From contig CAWECS010000010.1 of the NCBI GenBank assembly GCA_963807455.1, positions 31,524 to 95,523 of the forward strand: DNA of 64,000 nt, in the 5' to 3' direction. The stretch comes from an uncultured Gammaproteobacteria bacterium (GTDB taxonomy: Bacteria > Pseudomonadota > Gammaproteobacteria > JAADHQ01). A model generated the notes under the pieces. The model was not told the origin of the DNA. It ran no database searches and saw only the letters and a list, made by a program, of their open reading frames with translations. Within the stretch, counting starts at the first letter, position 1, and each line of letters opens with the position of its first letter. Of this stretch, positions 8,695 to 18,418 are shown one piece after another. Made by a program: the position numbers and the translations under genes.

Positions 8695-11137
8695 TAAAAT
8701 GATCTCTACCAGGAAGCATTTAATAACTGTTTTGGCGTTCTTTTTAATGCTCTCTGCAAACAATACCTGCATAGCCATCACTCAGCCCATTATTGATCAT
8801 GTGGATTTTAATGAAAGCGCTGAAAGCATTGATATCGTCCTGACTTTTACCCTGCCCGTAAGTTATTTAAGTCATTTTCCTGCCTCTTCAGGAAAACAAC
8901 TGGATATTATGACTTTACCGATTGCTAATAGCGATGATCAAAAGCAAGCTGTAAATACGCCTCAACGACTGGCATTCACTGCCAATGCTTCAAATCCATT
9001 ACAACTGATACGCTATGAACCTAATAACCCTGCCGGTAAAGTACTCTCTTTGCTTTTCAATTCCACGACAAAATTCTCGGTACCGGCTCAACAGGAACCC
9101 AACGTAATCACGATCAGGTTATTAAAAAAAATAAAACTAAAGACATCTGAACCGGACAAACAGACGCCTGTCACTTTGGAAGACAGTGACAACTTTAAAT
9201 ACCTTATCAATTTAGTGTCGTCTCAAGATACCATCAAGCCATTTACGCACACAGATTACCCCTACCTGAAGCCATACCTGATTTATACAACCCGCTTTTC
9301 TATTGATTCAGTTCAATGGAACCGTATCAGACTTGGTTTCTTCCGAACCAAGAATGAAGCACAAACACAACTCAAACATGTTTTAAAGGACTTCCCTCGT
9401 GCCTGGGTTGACAGGGCAAAAGACGAGGAAAGAGAACACATCCAACCCTGGCTATTTGCTCTGGCAAGAAATAATAATCAGATAGCCCTGGCACAGACCG
9501 TACAGGTAAAACCCGAGAGACCAACACTCATTACAACGAAAAGCCAGCAATTATTCGCTGATGCTAAAAAAAATATAATCAATGGCGATTATCGCAAGGC
9601 AATTTTGATTCTTACCAAGTTATTAAATCTGCCTGAGAATGAATCAACTGAAGCAGCACAGGAATTGATAGGTGTTGCGCGAGAGAAAAATCGGCAAATT
9701 GCACATGCAATTGCCGAATACAAAAACTATCTTAAAAGATATCCCAAAGGGGAATTCCAGCACCGTGTAAAACAACGCCTGGATGGCCTTACCAATGCAC
9801 GTAGAACATCCAGAAAAAAATTACGCAAAGCTAAAAAACGTACTGGCGAAACGCCCTGGCAAGTCTATGGCACTGTATTTCAATTCTATCGACGGGATGT
9901 AGACACGACAGAATCCAATGATGCCGTCCTTAACTCCTCATTGGATACCGATCTGTCCCTCTCAGCCAGAAAACGTACTAAATCGCTGGACATCAGAACA
10001 CAACTTACCGGTAGCTATCAATATAACCTTGAAGAGAGCAATGAAAATGAATTCCGTGTCAGCTCACTTTATGTTGATGCTGCTGATCGCAAACGCAACT
10101 GGAATGCACGCATGGGTCGACAATCCCAGAACACGGGTGGTGTATTGGGAAGATTCGATGGAATCACACTGGGTTACCGCTTAAGCCCGAAATGGAAACT
10201 CAATGCCGTCACCGGCTTTCCTGTTGTTATCTCTTCCTCGAACCAGTTTCAAACGGACAAGGTTTTTTACGGTATGAGTCTGGATGCGGGCACATTTAAT
10301 AAATACTGGAACGCGAGCACTTTTATTATCAAGCAAACGGCAAATGATCTGGATGACCGAACAGCCGTGGGCGCAGAACTACGTTACCTGCATCCTAAAA
10401 CCACTGTATTCGGATTACTAGATTATGATATTGATTACAATTCTCTAAATATAGCCCAGCTTATTGCCAATGCCAGATTGCCTTTCGACACATCTATTAA
10501 TCTCGTCGCCGACTATCGAAATGGCCCCATTTTAACTACCAGCAATGCATTACAAGGTCAAACCAGCACAACACTGGAAGAGCTTCTATTAACTTATACA
10601 GAAGACGAAATTAAACAACTGGCCAAAGACAGAACCACTGTATTTCGCTCGGTTAGTGGCACGCTCAGCAAACCATTAACAGAAACGCTGCTACTCAGTC
10701 TGGACCTGGCAGCCTCACATCTTGAATCAAGCCCGGCTTCAGGTGGAATCGAGGCAACACCGAGTACCGGGATAGAATATTTTTACGGCGCCCAGCTTAT
10801 CGCCAATAGCATCTTCAAGAAAGGAGATACCTCACTGTTTGGAATCAGGTATGCTGATACTTCATCTTCTGACACAGTAACATTATCCATTAACAGTCGT
10901 TACCCCTATAAAAAAGACTGGCGCTTCAACCCCCGTATACGTGTTGACAGTCAAACACGCAATGATGATTCAACCATTCTTAAATTTCGGCCTTCATTCA
11001 GAGTTGACTATCGCGCCATGCGCAAAGTTAAAGTTGAGCTCGAACTCGGTTATGAGTATTCCAACATAGACGACACCTTTGGCACCCGAACGGAATCTAA
11101 TTATTTTATTAACATGGGCTATATCGCTGATTTCTGA
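8678..11137 (+). CDS. Outer-membrane beta-barrel protein with an N-terminal AMIN-like domain, a SPOR-like domain and TPR repeats
   Basis: 819 aa with signal peptide. Possible start at 8699. SPOR-like segment YLIYTTRFSIDSVQWNRIRLGFFRTKNEAQTQLKHVLKDFPRAWV. TPR-like region around residues 290–370. The C-terminal ~450 aa have alternating beta-strand character and end in the outer-membrane-type terminal motif ...GYIADF. Confidence 0.6.
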   Translation: MNKKNNKMISTRKHLITVLAFFLMLSANNTCIAITQPIIDHVDFNESAESIDIVLTFTLPVSYLSHFPASSGKQLDIMTLPIANSDDQKQAVNTPQRLAFTANASNPLQLIRYEPNNPAGKVLSLLFNSTTKFSVPAQQEPNVITIRLLKKIKLKTSEPDKQTPVTLEDSDNFKYLINLVSSQDTIKPFTHTDYPYLKPYLIYTTRFSIDSVQWNRIRLGFFRTKNEAQTQLKHVLKDFPRAWVDRAKDEEREHIQPWLFALARNNNQIALAQTVQVKPERPTLITTKSQQLFADAKKNIINGDYRKAILILTKLLNLPENESTEAAQELIGVAREKNRQIAHAIAEYKNYLKRYPKGEFQHRVKQRLDGLTNARRTSRKKLRKAKKRTGETPWQVYGTVFQFYRRDVDTTESNDAVLNSSLDTDLSLSARKRTKSLDIRTQLTGSYQYNLEESNENEFRVSSLYVDAADRKRNWNARMGRQSQNTGGVLGRFDGITLGYRLSPKWKLNAVTGFPVVISSSNQFQTDKVFYGMSLDAGTFNKYWNASTFIIKQTANDLDDRTAVGAELRYLHPKTTVFGLLDYDIDYNSLNIAQLIANARLPFDTSINLVADYRNGPILTTSNALQGQTSTTLEELLLTYTEDEIKQLAKDRTTVFRSVSGTLSKPLTETLLLSLDLAASHLESSPASGGIEATPSTGIEYFYGAQLIANSIFKKGDTSLFGIRYADTSSSDTVTLSINSRYPYKKDWRFNPRIRVDSQTRNDDSTILKFRPSFRVDYRAMRKVKVELELGYEYSNIDDTFGTRTESNYFINMGYIADF

Positions 11138-11315
11138 CTCTCTCCCAAGAGCTATATTCACTGGACTATACGCCTTAAACTTGGCATGATTAAGCTATTC
11201 ATTTTATCACTCGATGGCGATGAATTTTCCACGCCTGAAACATGATTAAGACATAAAATAAATATGTTATTCAATCTTAATATGAACATAATCTAATGCC
11301 AGGGAACGAATCAAC

Positions 11316-12503
11316 ATGATACTCAAACCCATAACAGAGTTCTTGCGACTGGAAGCATCGGGCGGTATTTTACTCCTGATCGCTGCAATCCTTGCTGTCA
11401 TTGCCGAAAATTCGGCTGCCAGGGGTTTATACGAGTCCCTTCTCGGTACCCCACTTGAGATAAGAATCGGCCAATTTGAAATTGCCAAGCCATTACTACT
11501 CTGGATTAATGATGGCTTGATGGCTATTTTCTTTTTTCTTATTGGGCTAGAAGTTAAACGCGAAGTTCTGGATGGTGAATTATCAGAACCATCAAGAATT
11601 GTATTACCCGTGATCGCCGCTATCGGTGGCATGGCCATGCCTGCTCTGATTTACAGCTATATTAATTGGGGAAACCCGATGGCCATGAGAGGCTGGGCCA
11701 TTCCTTCGGCCACCGATATTGCATTCGCATTGGCCGTACTGGCATTACTCGGTAGTCGTATTCCTAACACATTAAAGTTATTCCTGATGACCTTGGCTAT
11801 TGTCGATGATCTGGGCGCAATTGTGATTATCGCGATTTTTTATACTTCCGATTTATCGGTATCATCCCTGATCGTGGCCGGGCTTGCTATTGCTGGTTTA
11901 TATGCACTGAACCGCAAAGGCGTATTATCGCTAGCACCCTATTTGTTCATCGGCCTTATTTTATGGGTAGCCGTACTAAAATCTGGTGTTCACGCCACTT
12001 TGGCCGGTGTTCTGATTGCCTTGTTTATTCCTTACCGGAAAATGGAAGGTGAACAGAAAACACAGCTGGAACATCTGGAACATGACCTGCATCCGACTGT
12101 TATCTATGGTGTTCTGCCACTTTTTGCATTTGCCAATACCGGTATTTCATTTGATGGTCTTACGCTACAATCATTTCTAAATCCGGTGCCCCTGGGTATT
12201 GCAGCGGGTTTATTTTTTGGCAACCAGCTAGGTGTTTTTGGTTTCAGCTGGCTGGCCGTCAAGGCAGGGATCGCCCAATTACCGGCCGGTGCAAACTGGT
12301 TGCAAATATACGGCTTGTCAATGGTCTGCGGTGTTGGCTTTACCATGAGCTTATTTATCAGCTCATTGGCATTTGAGCAAGGGGCAACAGAATATGCCAT
12401 TGATGATCGACTGGGTATTATTATTGGCTCGATTGTATCTGCCACTCTGGGTTACCTGACCTTACGCTTTGCTTCCAGCAACAAAACAGGCGACAATACC
12501 TGA
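11316..12503 (+). CDS. nhaA: Na+/H+ antiporter NhaA
   Basis: 395 aa. Strong family-level similarity throughout, including the conserved TM4/TM5 region (...ATDIAFALAVLALLGSRIP..., ...LAIVDDLGAIVIIAIFYT...). Confidence 0.9.
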   Translation: MILKPITEFLRLEASGGILLLIAAILAVIAENSAARGLYESLLGTPLEIRIGQFEIAKPLLLWINDGLMAIFFFLIGLEVKREVLDGELSEPSRIVLPVIAAIGGMAMPALIYSYINWGNPMAMRGWAIPSATDIAFALAVLALLGSRIPNTLKLFLMTLAIVDDLGAIVIIAIFYTSDLSVSSLIVAGLAIAGLYALNRKGVLSLAPYLFIGLILWVAVLKSGVHATLAGVLIALFIPYRKMEGEQKTQLEHLEHDLHPTVIYGVLPLFAFANTGISFDGLTLQSFLNPVPLGIAAGLFFGNQLGVFGFSWLAVKAGIAQLPAGANWLQIYGLSMVCGVGFTMSLFISSLAFEQGATEYAIDDRLGIIIGSIVSATLGYLTLRFASSNKTGDNT

Positions 12504-12567
12504 TGATTGAAATATCAGCACTCCAGGACTAGCCAGGTTAACATCCTTGTTAGCAGGAAAATAATAC

Positions 12568-12976
12568 ATGAATAACATGAGATCCTTCGGCCATAAAGGA
12601 CTTACCTGGGATACAGGAAATTGGTCTGTTAGTTATTGCCATCGCTACTGTCATAGCATTGGGACTAGAAATTCATTCAATGATAAATGCCATGACGGTG
12701 ACGCTGGCAGATCTATTACTCATGTTTATTTATCTTTAAATACTGGCCATGGTCACTATCTATCTTGATTCAGGCAGGCTGCCAATCAGGATCCCTCTCT
12801 ATATTGCCATTGTCGCACTGGCGCGCTACATGATACTAAATATGAAAAATCTTGATACGGTTAGAATGCTGGATGTGGCGGGAGCAGTATTAATCATCTC
12901 TATTTCCGTGCTGATTAAACGCTACGGCCATTCCAGGTACCCTTATAATGACTCAGAACATGAGTGTTATTGCTAG
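12568..12976 (+). pseudogene. psiE: psiE-like (phosphate-starvation-inducible protein E) gene disrupted by an N-terminal frameshift (~12600) and an in-frame TAA (12737–12739)
   Basis: Three track pieces. Frame 1: MNNMRSFGHKGLTW. Frame 2: ...LPGIQEIGLLVIAIATVIALGLEIHSMINAMTVTLADLLLMFIYL*. The same frame continues after the TAA as MVTIYLDSGRLPIRIPLYIAIVALARYMIL...VLIISISVLIKRY. Joined across the frameshift and the stop, the pieces cover the whole length of the ~135-aa PsiE family. Confidence 0.55.
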
Positions 12977-13418
12977 TCTCTGTCACCAGATATTAAGGAA
13001 CCCGGATTTGCTACAGCAGGAAAAACATTATGCAACACTGGCCCCGATAATGTCGTTGGCTGGTATATTTGCGCATCCTGCAGCCAGCATAGCATTACCC
13101 TTGATACTGTTTTTCATATTTAACTGGCGGCAAATGGATTTTGCCAGACGCACTGCAATCCGGGCAGCCGACCTCGCCTTTACCATTTATTTATTTTTAA
13201 TACTGTCGAGTGCGTTATTGGCCGTCTATATTTCATTTAACCCTATGACCGATATACAGGCGCGTAGTATTACCATGAATATTACTATCGCTGCTGTTCT
13301 TTATCTTGGCATCTCTTTATTGATCGGCACTATTCAATCTTTTCGCGGCAAGTCATTCAAATATATTCTTTCATTGAAAATAGCAGAACGATTTCTATTA
13401 CTTCCAGAAGCACCCTGA
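12948..13418 (+). CDS. Hypothetical small membrane protein with 3–4 TM helices
   Basis: 156 aa, hydrophobic. The start is uncertain because the 5' end overlaps the psiE remnant. Confidence 0.4.
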   Translation: MTQNMSVIASLCHQILRNPDLLQQEKHYATLAPIMSLAGIFAHPAASIALPLILFFIFNWRQMDFARRTAIRAADLAFTIYLFLILSSALLAVYISFNPMTDIQARSITMNITIAAVLYLGISLLIGTIQSFRGKSFKYILSLKIAERFLLLPEAP

Positions 13419-13434
13419 CTTCTGGTGGCTTTTT

Positions 13435-14124
13435 TCAGGAAGTTAATAAGTCTTTAACCGCACAATCCAGTTTCGGGTACAAATCATTAGCCAAAGCTAA
13501 AAACAGTTCAGCCGTTGCCAGTGCATCACTGAGCGCATTATGTGCTTTATAGGCAGGCAATCCATGACTGTTACGTAAATTAAACAAGCGTAATGCACCC
13601 ATCCTGAAATGACCCTGCTGCCGTTGCAGTTGACGTTGCGCCAACAATTGCGTATCAATCATTGGGATAATAAACTTCTGACCATACAAGGCTTGTGTAA
13701 TTTTATTGAGAAATGCAAGTTCGATATTTACATGATGTGCGATCAACACTTTACCTTTGAGTCTCTCTAATAGCTTTGGCATGACATCTTCCAGGTTTTC
13801 GCCTTCGGCCACCATGTCGTCTGTTATCTGATGAATGACTGCCGTATTCTGCGGCATGTCCTGACTGGTTTTAATAATTTGATGCCAGGCCGTATTCAGG
13901 TGAATACCCATATTCTGTATCTCGACCAGGCCAATACTGATGATATGATCCTTATTTATATCCAGTCCGGTGGCTTCAAAGTCCAGTACAACAAAATCGG
14001 CTTCACGTATTGGAATTTTGTAGTTGGCAACACGCTGCAAATAATAATCCTTCAGCGGTCCGGGTTGAGTTTTCTTTTGCAGTTGTAAACGCTGCCGTTC
14101 CAGGCTAAATAGTCTTGTCCACAT
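13435..14124 (-). CDS. DnaQ-like 3'-5' exonuclease (DEDDh family)
   Basis: Exo I motif VVLDFEATGLD. Exo III motif YKAHNALSDALATAELF. 229 aa. Lies directly downstream of the DUF294 gene, the usual partner. Confidence 0.75.
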   Translation of the reverse strand: MWTRLFSLERQRLQLQKKTQPGPLKDYYLQRVANYKIPIREADFVVLDFEATGLDINKDHIISIGLVEIQNMGIHLNTAWHQIIKTSQDMPQNTAVIHQITDDMVAEGENLEDVMPKLLERLKGKVLIAHHVNIELAFLNKITQALYGQKFIIPMIDTQLLAQRQLQRQQGHFRMGALRLFNLRNSHGLPAYKAHNALSDALATAELFLALANDLYPKLDCAVKDLLTS

Positions 14125-14126
14125 GT

Positions 14127-15989
14127 TTATGTGAGTCTGCCCGTTTGGTGGCGATTCTCTAGCACTTCCTGCATATCCTTGATGATACTAAATGCATCTT
14201 TCAAATGTCCGCGCTCCAGGCCGCTGAGAAATTTCGGATCAATATAGTTATCAACAGGAATTTTCTGGCGAATTTGACTTGCCTGATGTTGCAAGCGCAA
14301 GCTGGAAATATATTCCAGGGCATCCAGTAAATTCTCACTCATTTCTGAACTCATCGCACCGGTTTCATGCGCCATTTGCAATCTTTCTGTGGTATTGCTG
14401 GCTGCGATGCCATTCGACAATGCATACACGCGTGCGATATCAACGATGGGAACGATTCCTCTATGCTTGAGATCGAGTGTTTTATCATGTTTTTCATCAT
14501 GAATCAGGACGAAATTCCTGAAGAACCCTAATGGCGGCCGATGTGTTAAGGCATTCGACACCATATAGGCAATAAAAATTTGATTATCACGCGCTTTTTT
14601 TAGCATTTTTTCATGCACTACTTCAAATAATGAACGATCTCCGTACACAGGCCTGAGATCAAAGAAAATACTGGATAGCATCAGTGCTTTCTTTTCGGGT
14701 TCATCGATCCAGCGATTGAAATATTGACTCCATACTTTCACTGTCTGTCGCCAGGCCGGGTTGCTGGCCATGGCATTCCCCGGACAATAGACGTAACCAC
14801 AAGCATTAAGGCCATCACTGACAAACTGGCTTAAAGCTGCAAAATAAGGTTCATGCTCAGATCGCATGCCATCATCAATAAACATCGCATTATCCTGATC
14901 GGTGTGCGAGGTTTGCTCATTACGACCTTGCGAGCCTCCCGCCAACCAGACATAGGGAACCGGAGGTTCGCCAAGTTGCTGTTCAGCCAGCATCAACAAG
15001 CGCCTGGTCAATGCATCGGTAATTGACGATATTACCTCACCCATTTGCCTGGCGCTGGTATTTTGCATGGCCAGATTAGATTGTAACTCTGGCAAATGCC
15101 GGCTAATTTGCACCAGTCGCTCGACCGTGTTGGCTTTCTCAATATCACTGGCAATATAGGCTGAATTGGTTCCGAGATAGTGCATCAATTCAGTCACGCT
15201 CAAAATTCCCACCGCTTTGCCTGCTCGCATAACCGGCAAATGGTGTATCTGATGCCTGGTCATGGTTAATAACGCATCTGATAAAATAGTATTCTCTTCA
15301 ATACTGATCAGCTCAGTACTCATTATTTTACTGACGGGTTCGTGACGACTGATATTTGTCGCAAGACAACGCTTTCTCAAATCTGTATCACTAATAATTC
15401 CGACCAATTGATCTTCATTCACGACAAGAACAGACGAAGCGTTTTTTTCAGTCATACTAATGGCCGCACTGACTATACTGGTATTGATATCGATAATAAG
15501 CGGCTCATGATCAGTTAATTTACTCACACGTTGCTGCATTACCATCGCTGACTGTTTGCCATTCTTCGAGTTATTCAGTGCCAGCTTCATACGTTGCTGC
15601 ACAGATGTCAGAAAATGCTTTTCAAACGCACTGGACTTTTCGCGCAAGGATTGAATAACTTCGCAAGGGATCATATAGAGCAAACAGTCTTCGCTGGCAT
15701 GACTCTTTGAATAGTCCTGTTCATTGATTGACAGGCATTCGAGTAAGTAACAATCTCCTTCTGCCAATTTATCGACCAGATAACCCTGTTCATCACGCCA
15801 GTCGATGGCACCACTACGCACTAAATATAAATAATCACCTTCAACATCAGCTAACGGGAATGATCCTCCACGTCGCAAATAGCGTATTTCCAGCTCATTA
15901 ACCAGTAACACGAGTGAATGTTGAGGCAGCTCATTAAATAATGTCTGCTGTGATAAGAAATCGACTATTTCCTGTAATTCAATTTCCAT
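14127..15989 (-). CDS. Signalling protein with a cyclic-nucleotide-binding domain, 2 CBS domains and DUF294 nucleotidyltransferase plus substrate-binding domains
   Basis: 620 aa. N-terminal cNMP-binding fold, tandem CBS domains (residues ~160–290), then the DUF294 nucleotidyltransferase core (...GGSQGRNEQTSHTDQDNAMF...). Confidence 0.8.
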   Translation of the reverse strand: MEIELQEIVDFLSQQTLFNELPQHSLVLLVNELEIRYLRRGGSFPLADVEGDYLYLVRSGAIDWRDEQGYLVDKLAEGDCYLLECLSINEQDYSKSHASEDCLLYMIPCEVIQSLREKSSAFEKHFLTSVQQRMKLALNNSKNGKQSAMVMQQRVSKLTDHEPLIIDINTSIVSAAISMTEKNASSVLVVNEDQLVGIISDTDLRKRCLATNISRHEPVSKIMSTELISIEENTILSDALLTMTRHQIHHLPVMRAGKAVGILSVTELMHYLGTNSAYIASDIEKANTVERLVQISRHLPELQSNLAMQNTSARQMGEVISSITDALTRRLLMLAEQQLGEPPVPYVWLAGGSQGRNEQTSHTDQDNAMFIDDGMRSEHEPYFAALSQFVSDGLNACGYVYCPGNAMASNPAWRQTVKVWSQYFNRWIDEPEKKALMLSSIFFDLRPVYGDRSLFEVVHEKMLKKARDNQIFIAYMVSNALTHRPPLGFFRNFVLIHDEKHDKTLDLKHRGIVPIVDIARVYALSNGIAASNTTERLQMAHETGAMSSEMSENLLDALEYISSLRLQHQASQIRQKIPVDNYIDPKFLSGLERGHLKDAFSIIKDMQEVLENRHQTGRLT

Positions 15990-16070
15990 TTATATCCGGA
16001 ATATTTCGCAGGGTGAATTCCCTATTTTTTAATAATAGACTCATCGTACAAATGATAATACATTATGAAT

Positions 16071-16094
16071 AAAAAAGCCCCGCCTGAGCGGGGC
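16071..16094 (-). terminator. Rho-independent terminator for the symporter operon
   Basis: GCCCCGC-ctga-GCGGGGC hairpin, followed on the minus strand by TTTTTT, 23 nt downstream of the symporter stop codon. Confidence 0.7.
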
Positions 16095-16116
16095 CAGACT
16101 TCATGATAAAACTGAA

Positions 16117-17895
16117 CTAATGACTGGAAGCAACACCAGCTCCTTTAGGCACCCTGATATCTTCCACAAGATGCTGGATATGTTCAGGTGGAGCCTTGGT
16201 CAGCTTGCAAATGACAAGGGCAACAGCAAAGTTGATCAGCGCACCCACGGCACCAAAAGACTCTGGCTGAATACCGAATAACCAGTTATCTGCGGTGTTT
16301 GGTAGATTGTTGGATCCCGGAATAAAGAACCAGCCCTTATAGATAAAAATATAAACAAGGGTTGATCCCAGGCCCGCCAACATGCCAAACACAGCGCCGG
16401 TATTATTCATCTTCTTATAGAAAATACCCATCATCAACGCCGGAAAAATCGACGACGCCGCCAGCCCAAAGGCCAGTGCCACTACCTGTGCCGCGAAACC
16501 GGGTGGATTCATACCCAGGTAACCGGCCACTGCGATGGCGCCCGCCATGGCGATACGCCCTGCCATCAATTCTTTCTTTTCAGAAATATCCGGCATGAAC
16601 ACACCCTTGAGCAGATCATGTGATATTGATGAAGAGATTGCCAGTAACAAGCCAGCCGCAGTCGATAGTGCCGCCGCGAGTCCACCTGCCGCTACCAGTG
16701 CGATAACCCAGAAGGGTAAATTGGAAATTTCAGGGTTGGCCAATACCATAATATCGCGATCGACTTTCACCATTTCATTACCTTTCCAGCCAAAGCCATC
16801 TGCTTTCTGCGCAAACTCTTTGTTCTTGTCATTGTAATACTGGATTCGCCCATCTCCATTTTTGTCTTCAAATTTCAGCAAGCCTGTCTTTTCCCAGTTT
16901 TTAAACCAGCTGGGCGCTTGTGCGTAAACCAGGTTTCCTTGTGGGTCACCTACCGGGCCAGACTGAATGGTATTGGTCAGATTAAATCTGGCCATTGAGC
17001 CGACAGCAGGTGCGGTTGTATAAAGAATAGCGATAAACAACAACGCCCATCCTGCCGATGCACGGGCATCACGTACTTTGGGTACGGTAAAAAAACGAAT
17101 GATAACGTGTGGCAATCCAGCCGTACCAATCATTAATGACATTGTCAGCAACACCATATTTAACGTTGTGCCCTTCTGGTCTGTGTACTTGGAAAAACCC
17201 AGGTCAGTTATTGTCTGGTCGAGCCGGTCAAGCAGGAATCCGCTCTTGTCTATCAATTCACTACCCAGACCCATCTGCGGTAACGGATTTCCGGTCAGGT
17301 TAAGGGAGATGAAAATCGCGGGAATCGTATATGCAAATATTAGTACACAATATTGAGCAATTTGCGTGTAAGTAATACCTTTCATACCACCGAGTACTGC
17401 ATAGATAAACACAATACCCATACCGACAAACACACCTGTTTCAAAATCCACTTCCAGAAAGCGGCCGAAGGCGACACCAACACCTTTCATTTGACCGATA
17501 ACATATGTGAGTGATGCAACAATCAGACAAATGACGGCAACAATACGCGCGGTTTTTGAATAATAGCGTTCACCAATGAATTCAGGAACGGTAAATTTGC
17601 CGAACTTGCGCAGGTAAGGTGCCAATAACATCGCCAGCAATACATAGCCACCTGTCCAACCCATCAGATAGACGGAAGCATCATAGCCATTAAAAGCAAT
17701 TAATCCGGCCATTGATATAAACGAGGCTGCCGACATCCAGTCCGCCGCAGTCGCCATACCATTAGCAACCGGGTGTATACCTTTACCCGCCACATAGAAT
17801 TCACCCGTGGTTGAGGCTCGCGCCCAGATAGCGATACCGATATACATTAAGAAAGTACCGCCAACAAAAATATAAATCAGTGTTTGTAATTCCAT
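16117..17895 (-). CDS. actP: Sodium:solute symporter family permease, ActP-like cation/acetate symporter
   Basis: 592 aa with about 13–14 TM helices and typical SSF motifs. Overlaps the upstream DUF4212 gene by 1 nt. Confidence 0.8.
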   Translation of the reverse strand: MELQTLIYIFVGGTFLMYIGIAIWARASTTGEFYVAGKGIHPVANGMATAADWMSAASFISMAGLIAFNGYDASVYLMGWTGGYVLLAMLLAPYLRKFGKFTVPEFIGERYYSKTARIVAVICLIVASLTYVIGQMKGVGVAFGRFLEVDFETGVFVGMGIVFIYAVLGGMKGITYTQIAQYCVLIFAYTIPAIFISLNLTGNPLPQMGLGSELIDKSGFLLDRLDQTITDLGFSKYTDQKGTTLNMVLLTMSLMIGTAGLPHVIIRFFTVPKVRDARASAGWALLFIAILYTTAPAVGSMARFNLTNTIQSGPVGDPQGNLVYAQAPSWFKNWEKTGLLKFEDKNGDGRIQYYNDKNKEFAQKADGFGWKGNEMVKVDRDIMVLANPEISNLPFWVIALVAAGGLAAALSTAAGLLLAISSSISHDLLKGVFMPDISEKKELMAGRIAMAGAIAVAGYLGMNPPGFAAQVVALAFGLAASSIFPALMMGIFYKKMNNTGAVFGMLAGLGSTLVYIFIYKGWFFIPGSNNLPNTADNWLFGIQPESFGAVGALINFAVALVICKLTKAPPEHIQHLVEDIRVPKGAGVASSH

Positions 17896-18239
17896 TACTT
17901 ACGCTCCTCGTCTTCATGAACATTGAACTTGCGGTCAAGTGCGTTCATTTTTATTGCATAGACGAAAATCAGGATCAGGAAAGTAAAAATTGATCCCTGT
18001 TGTGCAAACCAGAAACCCAAACCAATTCCTCCAATGCGAATATTGTTTAGCACATCCACGAGAATGATCCCGAACAGAAATGAAACAACAAACCAGATAA
18101 CTAGAAGAATGGATACCAGGCGCAGGTTCGCTTTCCAGTATTCATTAGCAGAATTATTCATGAGCGGGCTGACTCCTTTTATTGTTATATTCAGGACAGG
18201 CTTGTTGTTGTCATCATGACTCAGTGTCACAACGGCCAT
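17895..18239 (-). CDS. DUF4212 small membrane protein (symporter-associated)
   Basis: Two TM helices. Conserved position directly upstream of, and overlapping, the ActP-like symporter. Alternative start at 18161 (MNNSANEYW), preceded by AAGGAGT. Confidence 0.65.
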   Translation of the reverse strand: MAVVTLSHDDNNKPVLNITIKGVSPLMNNSANEYWKANLRLVSILLVIWFVVSFLFGIILVDVLNNIRIGGIGLGFWFAQQGSIFTFLILIFVYAIKMNALDRKFNVHEDEERK

Positions 18240-18418
18240 CAGGCCTGTCAGTTTAGAATTTAATTATAAGGAATGACTATCTTAAGATAACTTTTGCTAA
18301 TGGTACAGAGAGCAATTGTTAAAATCGATGAATTAACCGCAAGGAAGGCATTGGCTAATAATATACTAATTTTCTAATAGATAACTCCAAACGATAACAT
18401 GGTCACATATGGCATTAC

